Virus record (IMG/VR): IMGVR_UViG_3300012933_000244
Span: 1 to 32,799 of that record
Reading direction: 5' to 3' (one strand)
DNA length: 32,799 nt
Source: a virus
Lineage: Duplodnaviria; Caudoviricetes
Part shown: piece after piece, positions 23,557 through 32,799 of the stretch
Numbering within the stretch: position 1 is the first letter of the stretch
Layout of the letters: each line of letters begins with the position of its first letter
Notes under the pieces: generated by a model
Databases searched by the model: none
What the model saw: only the letters and a program-made list of their open reading frames with translations
What the model was told of the DNA's origin: nothing
Position numbers and translations under genes: made by a program

Positions 23557-24849
23557 TTACTGTACGGTATAGCCTTGGTCTTTAAGACGCTTCAAGACAG
23601 ATTCACGGCTAGCCCCTTTTTTAATTGCTTCGTTGGCCTTGTCGATAATAGCTTGTGTAAGCGGTTTACCTTGAGGCATAGCTGGTTCAGCAGAGGGTTG
23701 CAGTTGTGGGTTAGCTCCTGACATAGGGCTTTTCTTTGGAGCTACATCATTAGCACCAAAAGTAGGCAGTTCAGGCACACCTGAGGATGTCAAAGTTGTA
23801 CGTTTAGCTTCCAAAGCTTTCTTAGTGTTGCCCAATGTTGAAGCAAGGTCTTCAAAAGCAGAGGTTAACAACTCCTTATTTTTCCAAGTGTCTTCGTCTG
23901 CAATTTGGTCTTTAGCACGTTGAGCATCACCCTCAGTTTGAGTGCCTTTAGCCAGCAGCAGCAAGTTATTAGCTTGAGAACGAACTTCACGCTGTAGCTG
24001 CTTAAACGCCTTAGTATCTTCAGTAGGTTTACCCATGAAGCCTGACACGCCTCGCTCTACGTTCTGATACAAGCCAAGATTAAGTTCTTGAATTTTAGGA
24101 GTCAAGGCTGTAATCTTAGCAACCGAAGTATCAAGAGAAGTGAGTTGTTCATCGACATTACCTACTTCTTTACGGATTGTAGGAGATACCTTTGTTGCAG
24201 GTGTAGTAGAAACTGTGCCACCAACTCCACCAGCTTTTGAAGCCTTACCTACCAAAGCAGCGATATTAGGTGCCGATGTAGACAGGTCAATAGGGTCAAT
24301 CTGAGTAATTTCACCTGTCTCAGAATCACGGAAGATCTTAGGTTTATTTTCTTGACCTACTAACCAACGCACACGAGCTTCTTCCTCAGCAGTAAGAGGT
24401 TCCCCTTTAGCTAATTTAATCTCAGCGTTTGAGATCATCTCACGGTTACGCTCTGAGACTGTGGTAGCCCCTGTTGTACGCATTGCTTTGTCGGTTTGAG
24501 CTTTCTTTAAAGCGGCTGCACGAGCCATGTCAGCAAGTTGAGAAGCGCCAGCAGGATCTGTCATAGAAAGACGCTGAGCTGCTTGCATAATGGAATCAGG
24601 GTTAGTTGGATCCATTCCTTGAATAGCTTGGCGACGAGCTGTAGCCAGCTTTAACTGAGGGTCTTGAGCACCCAAAGCAGAGCCAATAGCTCCTCCAAGC
24701 ATATAAGATGAAGCCCCTACGTTAGCTAAACCTCGTTGTACAGGGGACAACTTAGCAAGTTCGATACTCCGATCAAGAGCTTGGTTATATTGAGCTTGTT
24801 GAAGTTGCTCAGGAGAGGCAAACAGCCCCATAACAGAATCAGTAGCCAT
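23557..24849 (-). CDS. Putative internal virion / ejection protein
   Basis: AAGGA RBS before MATDSVMGLF; Ala/Gln-rich and helical. Confidence 0.65.
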   Translation of the reverse strand: MATDSVMGLFASPEQLQQAQYNQALDRSIELAKLSPVQRGLANVGASSYMLGGAIGSALGAQDPQLKLATARRQAIQGMDPTNPDSIMQAAQRLSMTDPAGASQLADMARAAALKKAQTDKAMRTTGATTVSERNREMISNAEIKLAKGEPLTAEEEARVRWLVGQENKPKIFRDSETGEITQIDPIDLSTSAPNIAALVGKASKAGGVGGTVSTTPATKVSPTIRKEVGNVDEQLTSLDTSVAKITALTPKIQELNLGLYQNVERGVSGFMGKPTEDTKAFKQLQREVRSQANNLLLLAKGTQTEGDAQRAKDQIADEDTWKNKELLTSAFEDLASTLGNTKKALEAKRTTLTSSGVPELPTFGANDVAPKKSPMSGANPQLQPSAEPAMPQGKPLTQAIIDKANEAIKKGASRESVLKRLKDQGYTVQ

Positions 24850-24865
24850 ATTATTCCTTATTTCT

Positions 24866-25816
24866 TTACATCCAATAATCAGACATCCAAGAGGCATCAC
24901 CTGAGCCTGAGAATGTTGATTCAGGGATCACATCAGAGCCTGTAGTCCATGAAGGGGAATTACCGCCACCGAATAAGCTACCAACACCTTGAGTGAATTG
25001 AGGGTTACGAAGCAAGCTAGAAGCTGCTGTAGACCAAGGATTAGCTTGTTGAGACAAATATCCTGCTGCTGCTTGAGAGCCTGCTGTAGATTTACCACCA
25101 GCTTCCAAACCGAGGTTAAACGGTTGTTGACCAAGAGCTTCAACAGCACCTTGAGTAGTCAAACCAGCCTTCAATGGATCGTAAGCACCTGTAAGCAAAC
25201 CAGTACCGAAGGTGATCTGCTGTTGAGCTGCTTTGTCTGCGCCTGCCGCCAACTGGAGTTGCTGATTAGCTAAGGCATTGTAGTAAGCAGCCATCTCAGG
25301 GTTAGTAGCAGCCATGTCACCAGCTGTAGTGGCACCTGTAGCTAAGCCGCCACGACCTGTCTGGAACAGTTTGTTACGAATACCAGCCAATGTCTGTTCG
25401 TTCTCAGGGGCTAACAAAGCAGTCTGTTGGTCAATATAACGCTGACGCACAGCTTCAGGAGACTCGCCAAGGTAGCTCTGGCCTAAGTTCATCAAGGTTT
25501 GACCTTGTTGTAGCCCTTGACCTGTCATCCCTGCTAGCTGATCTTGATAAGCTTGTAGCTGAGGTGAAAGAGTATAACCGCCACTAGACAGCCTACCTTG
25601 ATCGTCAAAGCCAAAGTTAGACGTACCGAATGTATTAGTAATACCGATAGGACGGAACTGGCTCATTTGAGCAGCTTGTTGAAGCTGTTGATTACCTTGA
25701 CGTACTTCGTTACCACCAGAGAGAGCACCGCCAATGGCTGAACCAATAGCAGCCCCTGTAGAACCGCCGTAGATGCTTCCTACAATAGGAGCTGCTGCTG
25801 CTACAATATCACCCAT
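24866..25816 (-). CDS. Putative ejection / pilot protein
   Basis: Gly/Ala-rich hydrophobic N-terminus; Gln-rich body. Confidence 0.65.
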   Translation of the reverse strand: MGDIVAAAAPIVGSIYGGSTGAAIGSAIGGALSGGNEVRQGNQQLQQAAQMSQFRPIGITNTFGTSNFGFDDQGRLSSGGYTLSPQLQAYQDQLAGMTGQGLQQGQTLMNLGQSYLGESPEAVRQRYIDQQTALLAPENEQTLAGIRNKLFQTGRGGLATGATTAGDMAATNPEMAAYYNALANQQLQLAAGADKAAQQQITFGTGLLTGAYDPLKAGLTTQGAVEALGQQPFNLGLEAGGKSTAGSQAAAGYLSQQANPWSTAASSLLRNPQFTQGVGSLFGGGNSPSWTTGSDVIPESTFSGSGDASWMSDYWM

Positions 25817-25818
25817 AA

Positions 25819-26112
25819 TTACTTACTCCCACCAAAGGTATACATAAAAGCCTTAGAGCCATCGTTTAAAATCATATCTTGTTCCTTTTTCCATCCTACA
25901 GTCTCTCCAAACTTAGCTAATTTAGTTTGGTCTTCTTTGACCATAGCCTTTAAAGGTAATGGAAGAAGAGATTGTAACGTATTTAAATCTTTAGTAAACT
26001 CTTTTTTAACAGTTTTGTTCCATTTTAACACATCGGTATGAAACCAAAGAAAACTATTAAACCACTCAAGATACATCACGTAGTCATCACGAATAACTAC
26101 AGGAGTCTTCAT
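25819..26112 (-). CDS. Hypothetical protein (possible GNAT-like tail assembly factor)
   Basis: 97 aa; KLAKFGETVGW; position comparable to T7 gp13. Confidence 0.55.
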   Translation of the reverse strand: MKTPVVIRDDYVMYLEWFNSFLWFHTDVLKWNKTVKKEFTKDLNTLQSLLPLPLKAMVKEDQTKLAKFGETVGWKKEQDMILNDGSKAFMYTFGGSK

Positions 26113-26114
26113 GG

Positions 26115-26363
26115 TCAGTACGTACCGCCGTCAATAGTGCCTGTAAAAGCACCACTGAGCGTAGTAGCTCCTGAGACAGTCAAAGCAGCTGCTGTCACAG
26201 TGCCTGTAAACGTAGGGGAAGCTGTGTCGGATTTAGAGTTCACAGCTGTTTCGATAAGGTTAAACTCATCGTCAATTTCAGTACCTTTAACAACTTTGGC
26301 TGCATCACCTGTAGATAGTGCGTCCTTAGCTGCAAAGTTAGTGGCTTTGTTATAGGCTGTCAT
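26115..26363 (-). CDS. Small virion/tail protein
   Basis: GTEIDDEFNLIETAVNSK...SPTFTG...IDGGTY. Confidence 0.7.
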   Translation of the reverse strand: MTAYNKATNFAAKDALSTGDAAKVVKGTEIDDEFNLIETAVNSKSDTASPTFTGTVTAAALTVSGATTLSGAFTGTIDGGTY

Positions 26364-27901
26364 TATTGGGTTCTTCCTTCTTTACAGAAAACATCGAGCT
26401 TCTGGATGCTCAAATCAAAGTTATTTACTTCTGTTTCAATACCTAGCTGTAAGATACTTCCTGAGCCGCTAGCTTGTACACGTTGGTTATCAAAGACAAT
26501 ACCTGTCGTATATTCTGACAAACCGTATTCAGCAATACCGTATTCAGCAACGACAATGTTACCAATAGTCACTTGACGAGACAGGTAGTTACTACTGTAA
26601 TCAAAAGCGTACTTGAGAGTCAAGGTAGCATTAGCGCCACCAATACAGGTAAAGCTAATCTTCTTGAGGATCTTTGTAACACTAGGCTTACTCAGATCGA
26701 AGTAGTTAGTGTAGTATTGGAAACGATACTTAGTTGCGTTATCCAAGTTAGTGCTGTATTTACCGATGTAGCCAGCAAAGCCCATCAACAACGATTTAGC
26801 ACGTGTTGAGAACATAGCTCTAGGATAGATACTCCAAGTAGTTACCCTTGCTGAACCGTCTTGCAAAGCCTTACGAGTATCAAAACAGTAAGTTACTTTA
26901 GCTGTAGGGAAGGACAACAAATAAAAGGCATTGGTGTCTGAGTACACAGCTTTAATATTAGTCAAGTCTTCTACGTTAAGGTTAGTAACCAAATCATCAC
27001 GTACATTAGCGCTAATATCACGCATAGGTGCTGACTTCTCTTGAATGGTACGAGCAAGTGAGCGAACACCTGAATCAGACAAGAAGAAGACATCAGAACC
27101 TGTCAAAGCAACTGAATCACGGGCACAGCAACCAACACCGTTAACTGTATCCTCTAAGCTCATTCCTGAAGGATCACGAGCGCCTTTGTACACCAAGATC
27201 TGGCGGCGACCAAAGATAATCAGGGAGTTGTTATGGGCAGCTAAGGCAATGATCTCGTCTGAGCCGTTAGGCCATACAGCTGAGACATCCAAAGTACCCG
27301 CTGTGCCTGTAGTGAGCACATGACCGGCCTCTAAGTCAGAGAACTGAATCAAGCTCTTGTTAGTTGCTGAGGCAGCTGACCAGACACGACCATAAGCGCT
27401 GATAGCACAAGCTGACTGCTGAACTGTACCTAGATAACCTGTCTTCTCAGATACTCGACGGAAGGTAGTAGTAGACACAGCTGGATCGAACACCAGAGGG
27501 TCAAGACCTGTTTGATACAGATACAAGACACCATTCAAAGGAGCCATCTGCCAGTTATTAGTGCCGATAGAAGGTGCTGAGCCTCCACCACCATAGGTAA
27601 GCTTAGTAAGCGTAGAGCCTACCAACTTAAACAAACAACCGTTACCAGCTGCGATAACGTATGAAGTGCCGTCTTGAGCGATAAGTTCACCAATCGCTGC
27701 AATATTTGCGGTGCTTAGATCGCTATTCGACGCATGTTGAGCAGCCCATCCTTGACGAGCACCAATACGACCAAACGTGTCGATGACGCAGTTATGAGCT
27801 TTAGTGGCAAAACCAGCCTCAAGAGATACTGAGCTATCCTGAGTGTTAACACCCATGAAGCCGGGAGCACCAATTGAAGCAGTGAGTAGTGTCTCAGACA
27901 T
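26363..27901 (-). CDS. Tail tubular protein B / DNA stabilization (nozzle) protein
   Basis: 512 aa, beta-rich, GVGCCARDS...FFLSDSGVRSL; follows tail tubular A. Confidence 0.75.
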   Translation of the reverse strand: MSETLLTASIGAPGFMGVNTQDSSVSLEAGFATKAHNCVIDTFGRIGARQGWAAQHASNSDLSTANIAAIGELIAQDGTSYVIAAGNGCLFKLVGSTLTKLTYGGGGSAPSIGTNNWQMAPLNGVLYLYQTGLDPLVFDPAVSTTTFRRVSEKTGYLGTVQQSACAISAYGRVWSAASATNKSLIQFSDLEAGHVLTTGTAGTLDVSAVWPNGSDEIIALAAHNNSLIIFGRRQILVYKGARDPSGMSLEDTVNGVGCCARDSVALTGSDVFFLSDSGVRSLARTIQEKSAPMRDISANVRDDLVTNLNVEDLTNIKAVYSDTNAFYLLSFPTAKVTYCFDTRKALQDGSARVTTWSIYPRAMFSTRAKSLLMGFAGYIGKYSTNLDNATKYRFQYYTNYFDLSKPSVTKILKKISFTCIGGANATLTLKYAFDYSSNYLSRQVTIGNIVVAEYGIAEYGLSEYTTGIVFDNQRVQASGSGSILQLGIETEVNNFDLSIQKLDVFCKEGRTQ

Positions 27902-28548
27902 TAGGGAGCAACCCAGTTCATCTCTTCTTCGTAACGGTTACGCTCAATAGCAACTTCGTTAGCTAAAGACATCTTGTACAAAGCGTAAGCTTCAGAGGAA
28001 AGGTTCCCACCGTCTTCACCACGCTCAGCAATAGCTTTAGCGTAAGCCAGCATAGAGACTAAGTGAGCAGGCACTAACACACGTGTAGTCTCTGTAGTCA
28101 AGTCTGCTTGAGGGATAACTAAGTTGAAACGGAGAGTGTAAGCTTGCTCAGGAACAGGCCAAATATCTACCTGTGTGTCGTTGTTGCTATCTACACCGTT
28201 GAAGTTGTAACAAACAGGAGCACCTTGCTGATTATTAGCCAACAAGAACTGCTTATTCATCCACTTAGTAGGGGCGTAGCGTACTTCCACATCAGAGGTA
28301 TCATTCAAGACATCAATGACACGGAAACGAGTACCTGCATCTGTGAGCGTATAGTTATAAGTACTAGCTACAGTGTTGATGGTAATAGTAGAAGACAGAG
28401 AGTTCCACTCAGCTGCATCCTCTACTTCACGTTTAGCATCGTTAACGAATACACCGATAAGAGCTGAGTAAGGTGTTGCATTAACGTTAGCCACTGTAGG
28501 CTCTCGCAACCTACGTAACACGTTATTAACAATCTCTAGATATGTCAT
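27901..28548 (-). CDS. Tail tubular protein A / adaptor
   Basis: MTYLEIVNNVLRRLRE...VNDAKREV...W...IWPVP. Confidence 0.8.
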   Translation of the reverse strand: MTYLEIVNNVLRRLREPTVANVNATPYSALIGVFVNDAKREVEDAAEWNSLSSTITINTVASTYNYTLTDAGTRFRVIDVLNDTSDVEVRYAPTKWMNKQFLLANNQQGAPVCYNFNGVDSNNDTQVDIWPVPEQAYTLRFNLVIPQADLTTETTRVLVPAHLVSMLAYAKAIAERGEDGGNLSSEAYALYKMSLANEVAIERNRYEEEMNWVAP

Positions 28549-28551
28549 TTA

Positions 28552-28887
28552 TTAAATACCTTCTTTTTTGAACAGCTCAAAGGTGCAGATAGTGCTAAAT
28601 GTGCTTCCTGCCTCGCTAAGCATCATTACCTTGTCGCCTTCTTCCATGACAACATAGGCTCCACCATCCTGACGTACATAGTTCTTAGATGACACAGTAC
28701 CGTCCATAACGTAGATATCGGTAGTTGTGCTAGCATCGTGCCAATAAGCTGCAATGGTCTTAGTAGACCCTGTACCGTTGAACAAGTACATCAAGTTCCA
28801 TTTAGCGTAGTAGCCAGTAGGAACTGTATAGACAGTAGTGAGAGTGTTTGCAGTAAGGTTTAAACCTACTGTGACAGGACGAGCCAT
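28552..28887 (-). CDS. Hypothetical virion protein
   Basis: 111 aa, beta-rich; VYTVP...VMEEGD. Confidence 0.7.
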   Translation of the reverse strand: MARPVTVGLNLTANTLTTVYTVPTGYYAKWNLMYLFNGTGSTKTIAAYWHDASTTTDIYVMDGTVSSKNYVRQDGGAYVVMEEGDKVMMLSEAGSTFSTICTFELFKKEGI

Positions 28888-29088
28888 TTATTTGGTCTTC
28901 TTGTTAGCTTTGTTCTTAGCTGTACGAGCCCCACGAACAGGCATAGGCATATTAGCCTCAGACATGGCAATAGCGATAGCCTGCTTCTTGTCTTTAACGA
29001 CAGGACCGCCTTTACCGCTATGGAGAGTACCTTCTTTGAACTCACCCATAACTTTACCTACTTTAGCGTTTTGTTTCTTAGTTGCCAT
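28888..29088 (-). CDS. Small basic protein (DUF6496-like)
   Basis: KVGKVMGEFKEGTLHSG...KQAIAIAMSEA; AGGA RBS. Confidence 0.7.
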   Translation of the reverse strand: MATKKQNAKVGKVMGEFKEGTLHSGKGGPVVKDKKQAIAIAMSEANMPMPVRGARTAKNKANKKTK

Positions 29089-29107
29089 AGCGTATATCCT
29101 ACTAGAA

Positions 29108-29320
29108 TTATTCAGATTTGTCAATAGAAGTACTAATATCTTTGTAGATAGCGTATACTTTATGACCAATCATTAAGGCTGTGTATATCAGAGTAGCCCA
29201 TAGAACTAACTCAGATACCTGATAACCAGCAACTGTAGCTAAACTAACTGTCACTGGAGGCGCTGCTTTAGTCACCAGAGCTACTCCTGTCTCTGTCGTT
29301 AAGGTAGCATGGTCAGCCAT
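29108..29320 (-). CDS. Small membrane protein (possible holin)
   Basis: 70 aa, hydrophobic. Confidence 0.6.
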   Translation of the reverse strand: MADHATLTTETGVALVTKAAPPVTVSLATVAGYQVSELVLWATLIYTALMIGHKVYAIYKDISTSIDKSE

Positions 29321-29323
29321 TTA

Positions 29324-29863
29324 TCACTCGTATAAGATGTTGATTGAGCCAGCGTCAAAAGTAGCTGTGCCGCCTGCTGTTGTAATTCGCAGCATGTTTA
29401 AAACACCAGCCAAAGAAACAGAACCAGCACCCAAAAAATTAACAGTAGCATCCGACCTACAAACAGAACTTGAATAAGCCCACTTATTTGTCGCAGAATC
29501 AAGTAAGGTCAAAAACATTTGCCCATGATAAATATCACCAGAGGCAGTTGTGTTTGTAACACCAAATCCAGCAGTAAACGCGTTAGAGCTTGTAGTGTTT
29601 AGTCCAGCAATATACGAAACAGTTCCTAAATATCCAGATGTAGTTGGAGTTCCGCCAGTACCAATCTGAATTTGTACGTTTGATGTATTATTTGTACTAA
29701 CACCGCTAAACATCACAGTAATACGCTTCACCCAAGAAGGGATAGACGTAAAGTCAATTGAAGTACCGGATGTGCTTGCTACAGCAGTTCCAGAAGCGAT
29801 ACCGTTATACACAGCACCTGAGTTTGTTGTGACCCCTGCGGAGCCGTTGATTACTACTGACAT
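29324..29863 (-). CDS. Tail fibre / adhesin module protein
   Basis: Paralog of 30374-30964. Confidence 0.7.
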   Translation of the reverse strand: MSVVINGSAGVTTNSGAVYNGIASGTAVASTSGTSIDFTSIPSWVKRITVMFSGVSTNNTSNVQIQIGTGGTPTTSGYLGTVSYIAGLNTTSSNAFTAGFGVTNTTASGDIYHGQMFLTLLDSATNKWAYSSSVCRSDATVNFLGAGSVSLAGVLNMLRITTAGGTATFDAGSINILYE

Positions 29864-29866
29864 GTA

Positions 29867-30151
29867 TTACCCCACAATCCAAGTAGTTCCGTTATCGTAA
29901 ACAGGAACAGTTACAGCACCTCCACCTACAACAGCAGACAATGCTACTGGGGTTAAAGCATTGGACACAAAAGCTCTACGGCCTGCTGTACCTGCGGCTG
30001 GTAGTGTGGCAACAGTGTAGACGTTAAACTTTACACCTGTTGACAGGATAGAAATCATGGTAGTGCCGTTGCTTTGCAGCTCAAGCGTTCCACTAGTGTC
30101 CGCAGTCTGGACTAAACCAGACGATGTTGATGCGTTGATAATCGAAGACAT
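29867..30151 (-). CDS. Short tail fibre module protein
   Basis: AGGAGG RBS before MSSIINAST; YTVATLPAA...VYDNGTTWIVG. Confidence 0.7.
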   Translation of the reverse strand: MSSIINASTSSGLVQTADTSGTLELQSNGTTMISILSTGVKFNVYTVATLPAAGTAGRRAFVSNALTPVALSAVVGGGAVTVPVYDNGTTWIVG

Positions 30152-30348
30152 TATTGACCGCCTCCTTGTGTAGCTAACCACTCTTGGAACTTCGCTTGCC
30201 TTGCTTCTTCTGCTGCAACAGCAACTAAACGAGCAGCTTCTTCAATTTCCCAAGCAGCGTATTGCGTCTGTGCTTGTACTTGTTCTTCGGGCGTCAGTTC
30301 AACTTCAGTTGTTTCACCTGTTGCAAGATTTACTTCGATTCGTTTCAT
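30151..30348 (-). CDS. Putative tail fibre assembly chaperone
   Basis: RIEVNLATGETTEVELTPEE; lies between fibre genes. Confidence 0.6.
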   Translation of the reverse strand: MKRIEVNLATGETTEVELTPEEQVQAQTQYAAWEIEEAARLVAVAAEEARQAKFQEWLATQGGGQ

Positions 30349-30373
30349 GGTGTTTCCTTATTCGTTAAGAGTT

Positions 30374-30964
30374 TTACTCGTATAAGATGTTGATTGAACC
30401 AGCGTCAAAAGTGTCTGTGCCGTTGACAGTGGTGATACGGATACGGTCAAGGGTATCTGAAAGTGTTTTAGTTCCTGTAACAAACATAACAATCTGAGTA
30501 GCAGCACCAGCAACAGCAGAGCCTACAACACCTGAACAAATCCAAATATTGCCTGAAATATTAGTTAGAGATATTGAACCATTTGAAACAATACCAGCAT
30601 TGGCATTACTAAAACCAAAGCCTGTTGTATATGCGGTAGTTGCGGCAGCAGTATTATAAATTTGACCGCCTGTTGAGGTGTAACTTGTTGCTTCAACACC
30701 TCCAGAATCACCTAATTGAATAAGTGTGGTTGATGTGCCACTTGTAGACACACCGTTAAACATTACAGTAATACGCTTCACCCAAGATGGAATCGAAGTG
30801 AAGTCAATCGAAGTGCCTGACGTAGACGCAACAGCAGTGCCAGCAGTAAACGGGTAGTGCGTACCGGTGGCAGCACCAATAGTGGCTGTATTAGAGCCAG
30901 CAGTAGCGGGAGCTTGTAAGGCTACTGTGCCTGACGTACTCCCAGTTAAAACAAGAGAACTCAT
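30374..30964 (-). CDS. Tail fibre / adhesin module protein
   Basis: GSTSGTVALQAP N-terminus; GTAVASTSGTSIDFTSIPSWVKRITVMF...FDAGSINILYE. Confidence 0.7.
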   Translation of the reverse strand: MSSLVLTGSTSGTVALQAPATAGSNTATIGAATGTHYPFTAGTAVASTSGTSIDFTSIPSWVKRITVMFNGVSTSGTSTTLIQLGDSGGVEATSYTSTGGQIYNTAAATTAYTTGFGFSNANAGIVSNGSISLTNISGNIWICSGVVGSAVAGAATQIVMFVTGTKTLSDTLDRIRITTVNGTDTFDAGSINILYE

Positions 30965-30984
30965 GTGATTATTTCCTTATATGT

Positions 30985-31305
30985 TTAAAGAATAACCCAA
31001 CGGCAACCGTCAGGGATAGTAACTGTTACACCAGTATTAATAGAAATAGGTCCTGTAGACGAGGCAGATTTACCTGTTGTCATTGTATAATCCGCTGTGA
31101 CAGTCTGTGAGTTCTCGTAAAAGACTTCATCTACTCCGCCGCCTGTAGCGCCAATGCCACCCACTTGTACGATATTATTGCTATTATCTCTACTATAGAG
31201 ACGTTTGTCAATAAGGTTAACAGCTAATTCACCTTGAACAATATCCGAAGTAGTCGGTTTATCTCCTGTGGTTACGCTGTTCTTAATAATAATAGTTGCT
31301 GCCAT
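30985..31305 (-). CDS. Tail fibre adaptor protein
   Basis: GELAVNL.DKRLY motif; C-terminal domain shared with ORF 31315. Confidence 0.7.
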   Translation of the reverse strand: MAATIIIKNSVTTGDKPTTSDIVQGELAVNLIDKRLYSRDNSNNIVQVGGIGATGGGVDEVFYENSQTVTADYTMTTGKSASSTGPISINTGVTVTIPDGCRWVIL

Positions 31306-31314
31306 GTTCTTCCT

Positions 31315-32421
31315 TTAGACGATAACCCAACGAGATCCAGCTTCAACAGTCACTGCATAACCTGAGCTAATCGTAATTGGACCAGCTGAGATACCACTAT
31401 TACCTGTTGTGACAGTCACGTTCTCAGCGATGGATTGAGAGTTGTAAGCAATAGCTTTAGTAGCCGCTGATCCGAAGTACTGTCCACCTGCCACAGTAGC
31501 TGTCGATACAGCTGTAACTAAACCTTTAGCGTTAACTGTTACAACAGGGATAGCTGTCGATGAGCCGTAAGAGCCTACGTTAGAGTTAACAGTAGCTAGA
31601 GTACCTGTGCCTGTTACGTTAGCTGAGCCGTTAAAACTACCGCTTGTGTAAGCCAAATCACCTGTAATGGCAATAGTACGAGCTGTTGTTAATGTAGCAG
31701 CTGAGCCAGTAGTATTCTGGTTCCAAGTAGGTACTGTGCCTGTCAAGCCGCTATAAGCCACGTTAGTAGCTGTAGCAGCGTTACCTGTGATGTCAATACC
31801 CCAAGTACCAGATGCACCAGTGCCTGTCAGAGGAGCGTATGTAGAAGCTGCTGCGGAAGTAGTTAAATAACCACCTGAAGCATGGTTACCCCAACCGTAA
31901 GCTGTGTCCCACTCTGTCTGCTTAGCAGTTGTAGGGATGCTGTAACCTGATGTCAATGTAACAGCTAAAGTACCTGATGTCGTGACTGGATTACCTGATA
32001 CAGACAGGCCAGTAGGTACGGACATATCTACCGAGGTAACAGTACCTGAACCAGCTGAGCTATTAACCCAGTTCTCACCATCAAACTGCAAGCCTTGGCC
32101 TGTAGTGACACTAGTGATGACTACATCAGTCAAACTATCCAAAGTATCTGGGATAGTGGGCTTATCTGACAAGTCATCATACGAGCCAGAGGTAGCTACA
32201 GTGGCTAGATCGCTGGGTTGAGTAGCTGAGTCAGCAAGAGCGCCTTGAGCGGCTGTAGCGTAGGCTGTAGCGTTAGTTGTAGCAGCTGTACCTAAACCTA
32301 AGTTAGTGCGTGCATCAGCAGCTGTTTTAGCTCCTGTACCACCTTGAGAGATAGCGATAGTCAGGATATCAGCTTCTGTGATACCCTCTACGCTACCGCC
32401 TGAACCCCTGTAGATTGCCAT
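31315..32421 (-). CDS. Tail fibre protein
   Basis: GGTGA...ARTNLGLG, SGSYDDLSDKP, LTDVVI, VTVNAKGLVT fibre motifs. Confidence 0.85.
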   Translation of the reverse strand: MAIYRGSGGSVEGITEADILTIAISQGGTGAKTAADARTNLGLGTAATTNATAYATAAQGALADSATQPSDLATVATSGSYDDLSDKPTIPDTLDSLTDVVITSVTTGQGLQFDGENWVNSSAGSGTVTSVDMSVPTGLSVSGNPVTTSGTLAVTLTSGYSIPTTAKQTEWDTAYGWGNHASGGYLTTSAAASTYAPLTGTGASGTWGIDITGNAATATNVAYSGLTGTVPTWNQNTTGSAATLTTARTIAITGDLAYTSGSFNGSANVTGTGTLATVNSNVGSYGSSTAIPVVTVNAKGLVTAVSTATVAGGQYFGSAATKAIAYNSQSIAENVTVTTGNSGISAGPITISSGYAVTVEAGSRWVIV

Positions 32422-32423
32422 AT

Positions 32424-32606
32424 TTACTCAGCTTCCTGAACAACTTCTACTTGCTTAGTCTTCTTCGTGGTTGTCTTAGCAACTTCTTTAGCTGGAGCTT
32501 CGTCTTCAAGCTTCACGTAACCCTCGTGACCAACCATAGAGTCAATATCCACTTGGTTAGTGAACTCAATCACGTTACCGCTCAACAAACATTTAAACTT
32601 AGCCAT
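32424..32606 (-). CDS. Hypothetical protein downstream of the capsid gene
   Basis: 60 aa, AAGGA RBS. Confidence 0.7.
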   Translation of the reverse strand: MAKFKCLLSGNVIEFTNQVDIDSMVGHEGYVKLEDEAPAKEVAKTTTKKTKQVEVVQEAE

Positions 32607-32629
32607 TTCTTTATCCTATTACTAGACAG

Positions 32630-32660
32630 ACCAAAGGAGACTCCTTTTGAGAGCCTCCTT
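32630..32660 (-). terminator. Probable leaky terminator after the major capsid gene
   Basis: Minus strand AAGGAGGCTC-N7-GAGTCTCCTT with only a short U tract. Confidence 0.65.
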
Positions 32661-32671
32661 CAGTCTAGCTA

Positions 32672-32799
32672 TTAAGCTGGAACCACGAGTGCCACAGCAC
32701 CGTAGTCACGCAACTCGCCAACGCCGTACAATGTGTCAGCAGTGAACAGAGTACCGAGGTATTCTTGTTTGTACTGAGTTTGTGAACGGATACCGACTT
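32672..32799 (-). CDS. Major capsid protein, C-terminal fragment
   Basis: VGIRSQTQYKQEYLGTLFTADTLYGVGELRDYGAVALVVPA*; followed by a hairpin and tail genes. Confidence 0.8.
   Translation of the reverse strand, partial: VGIRSQTQYKQEYLGTLFTADTLYGVGELRDYGAVALVVPA

Noticed and set aside
29324-30964. Diversity-generating retroelement TR/VR pair
   Set aside because: No reverse transcriptase is present, both copies are intact ORFs, and the differences do not appear adenine-specific.
1-32799. Stop-codon reassignment
   Set aside because: Core genes are full length under the standard code, and TAA, TAG and TGA all end genes.

Overview
Most of a tailed dsDNA podovirus genome with T7-like replication genes but no RNA polymerase gene in the window. 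The ORF families suggest a betaproteobacterial host (inference). Layout: leftward terL (partial) and terS at 1-872; a ~1 kb non-coding control region at 873-1863; then rightward early small ORFs and a replication/nucleotide module (primase-helicase, family A DNA polymerase, SSB, 5'-3' exonuclease, endonuclease I, ThyX, phosphoesterase, DUF3310, NrdJ, glutaredoxin) with four free-standing homing endonucleases; a bidirectional terminator at ~20050; and a leftward structural/lysis module (capsid C-terminus, tail fibre modules, tail tube, ejection proteins, holin, M15 endolysin). Most notable: (1) two divergent sigma-54 (-24/-12) promoters flanking helically phased NtrC-type enhancer sites, suggesting phage transcription tied to host nitrogen status; (2) homing endonuclease cassettes that split primase and thyX and supply a replacement gene end, leaving the original end as an orphan; (3) a tRNA-like RNA with two T-loops followed by a structured ssb leader; (4) an SlmA-site-like palindrome. 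All calls come from reading the sequence; no database searches were run.
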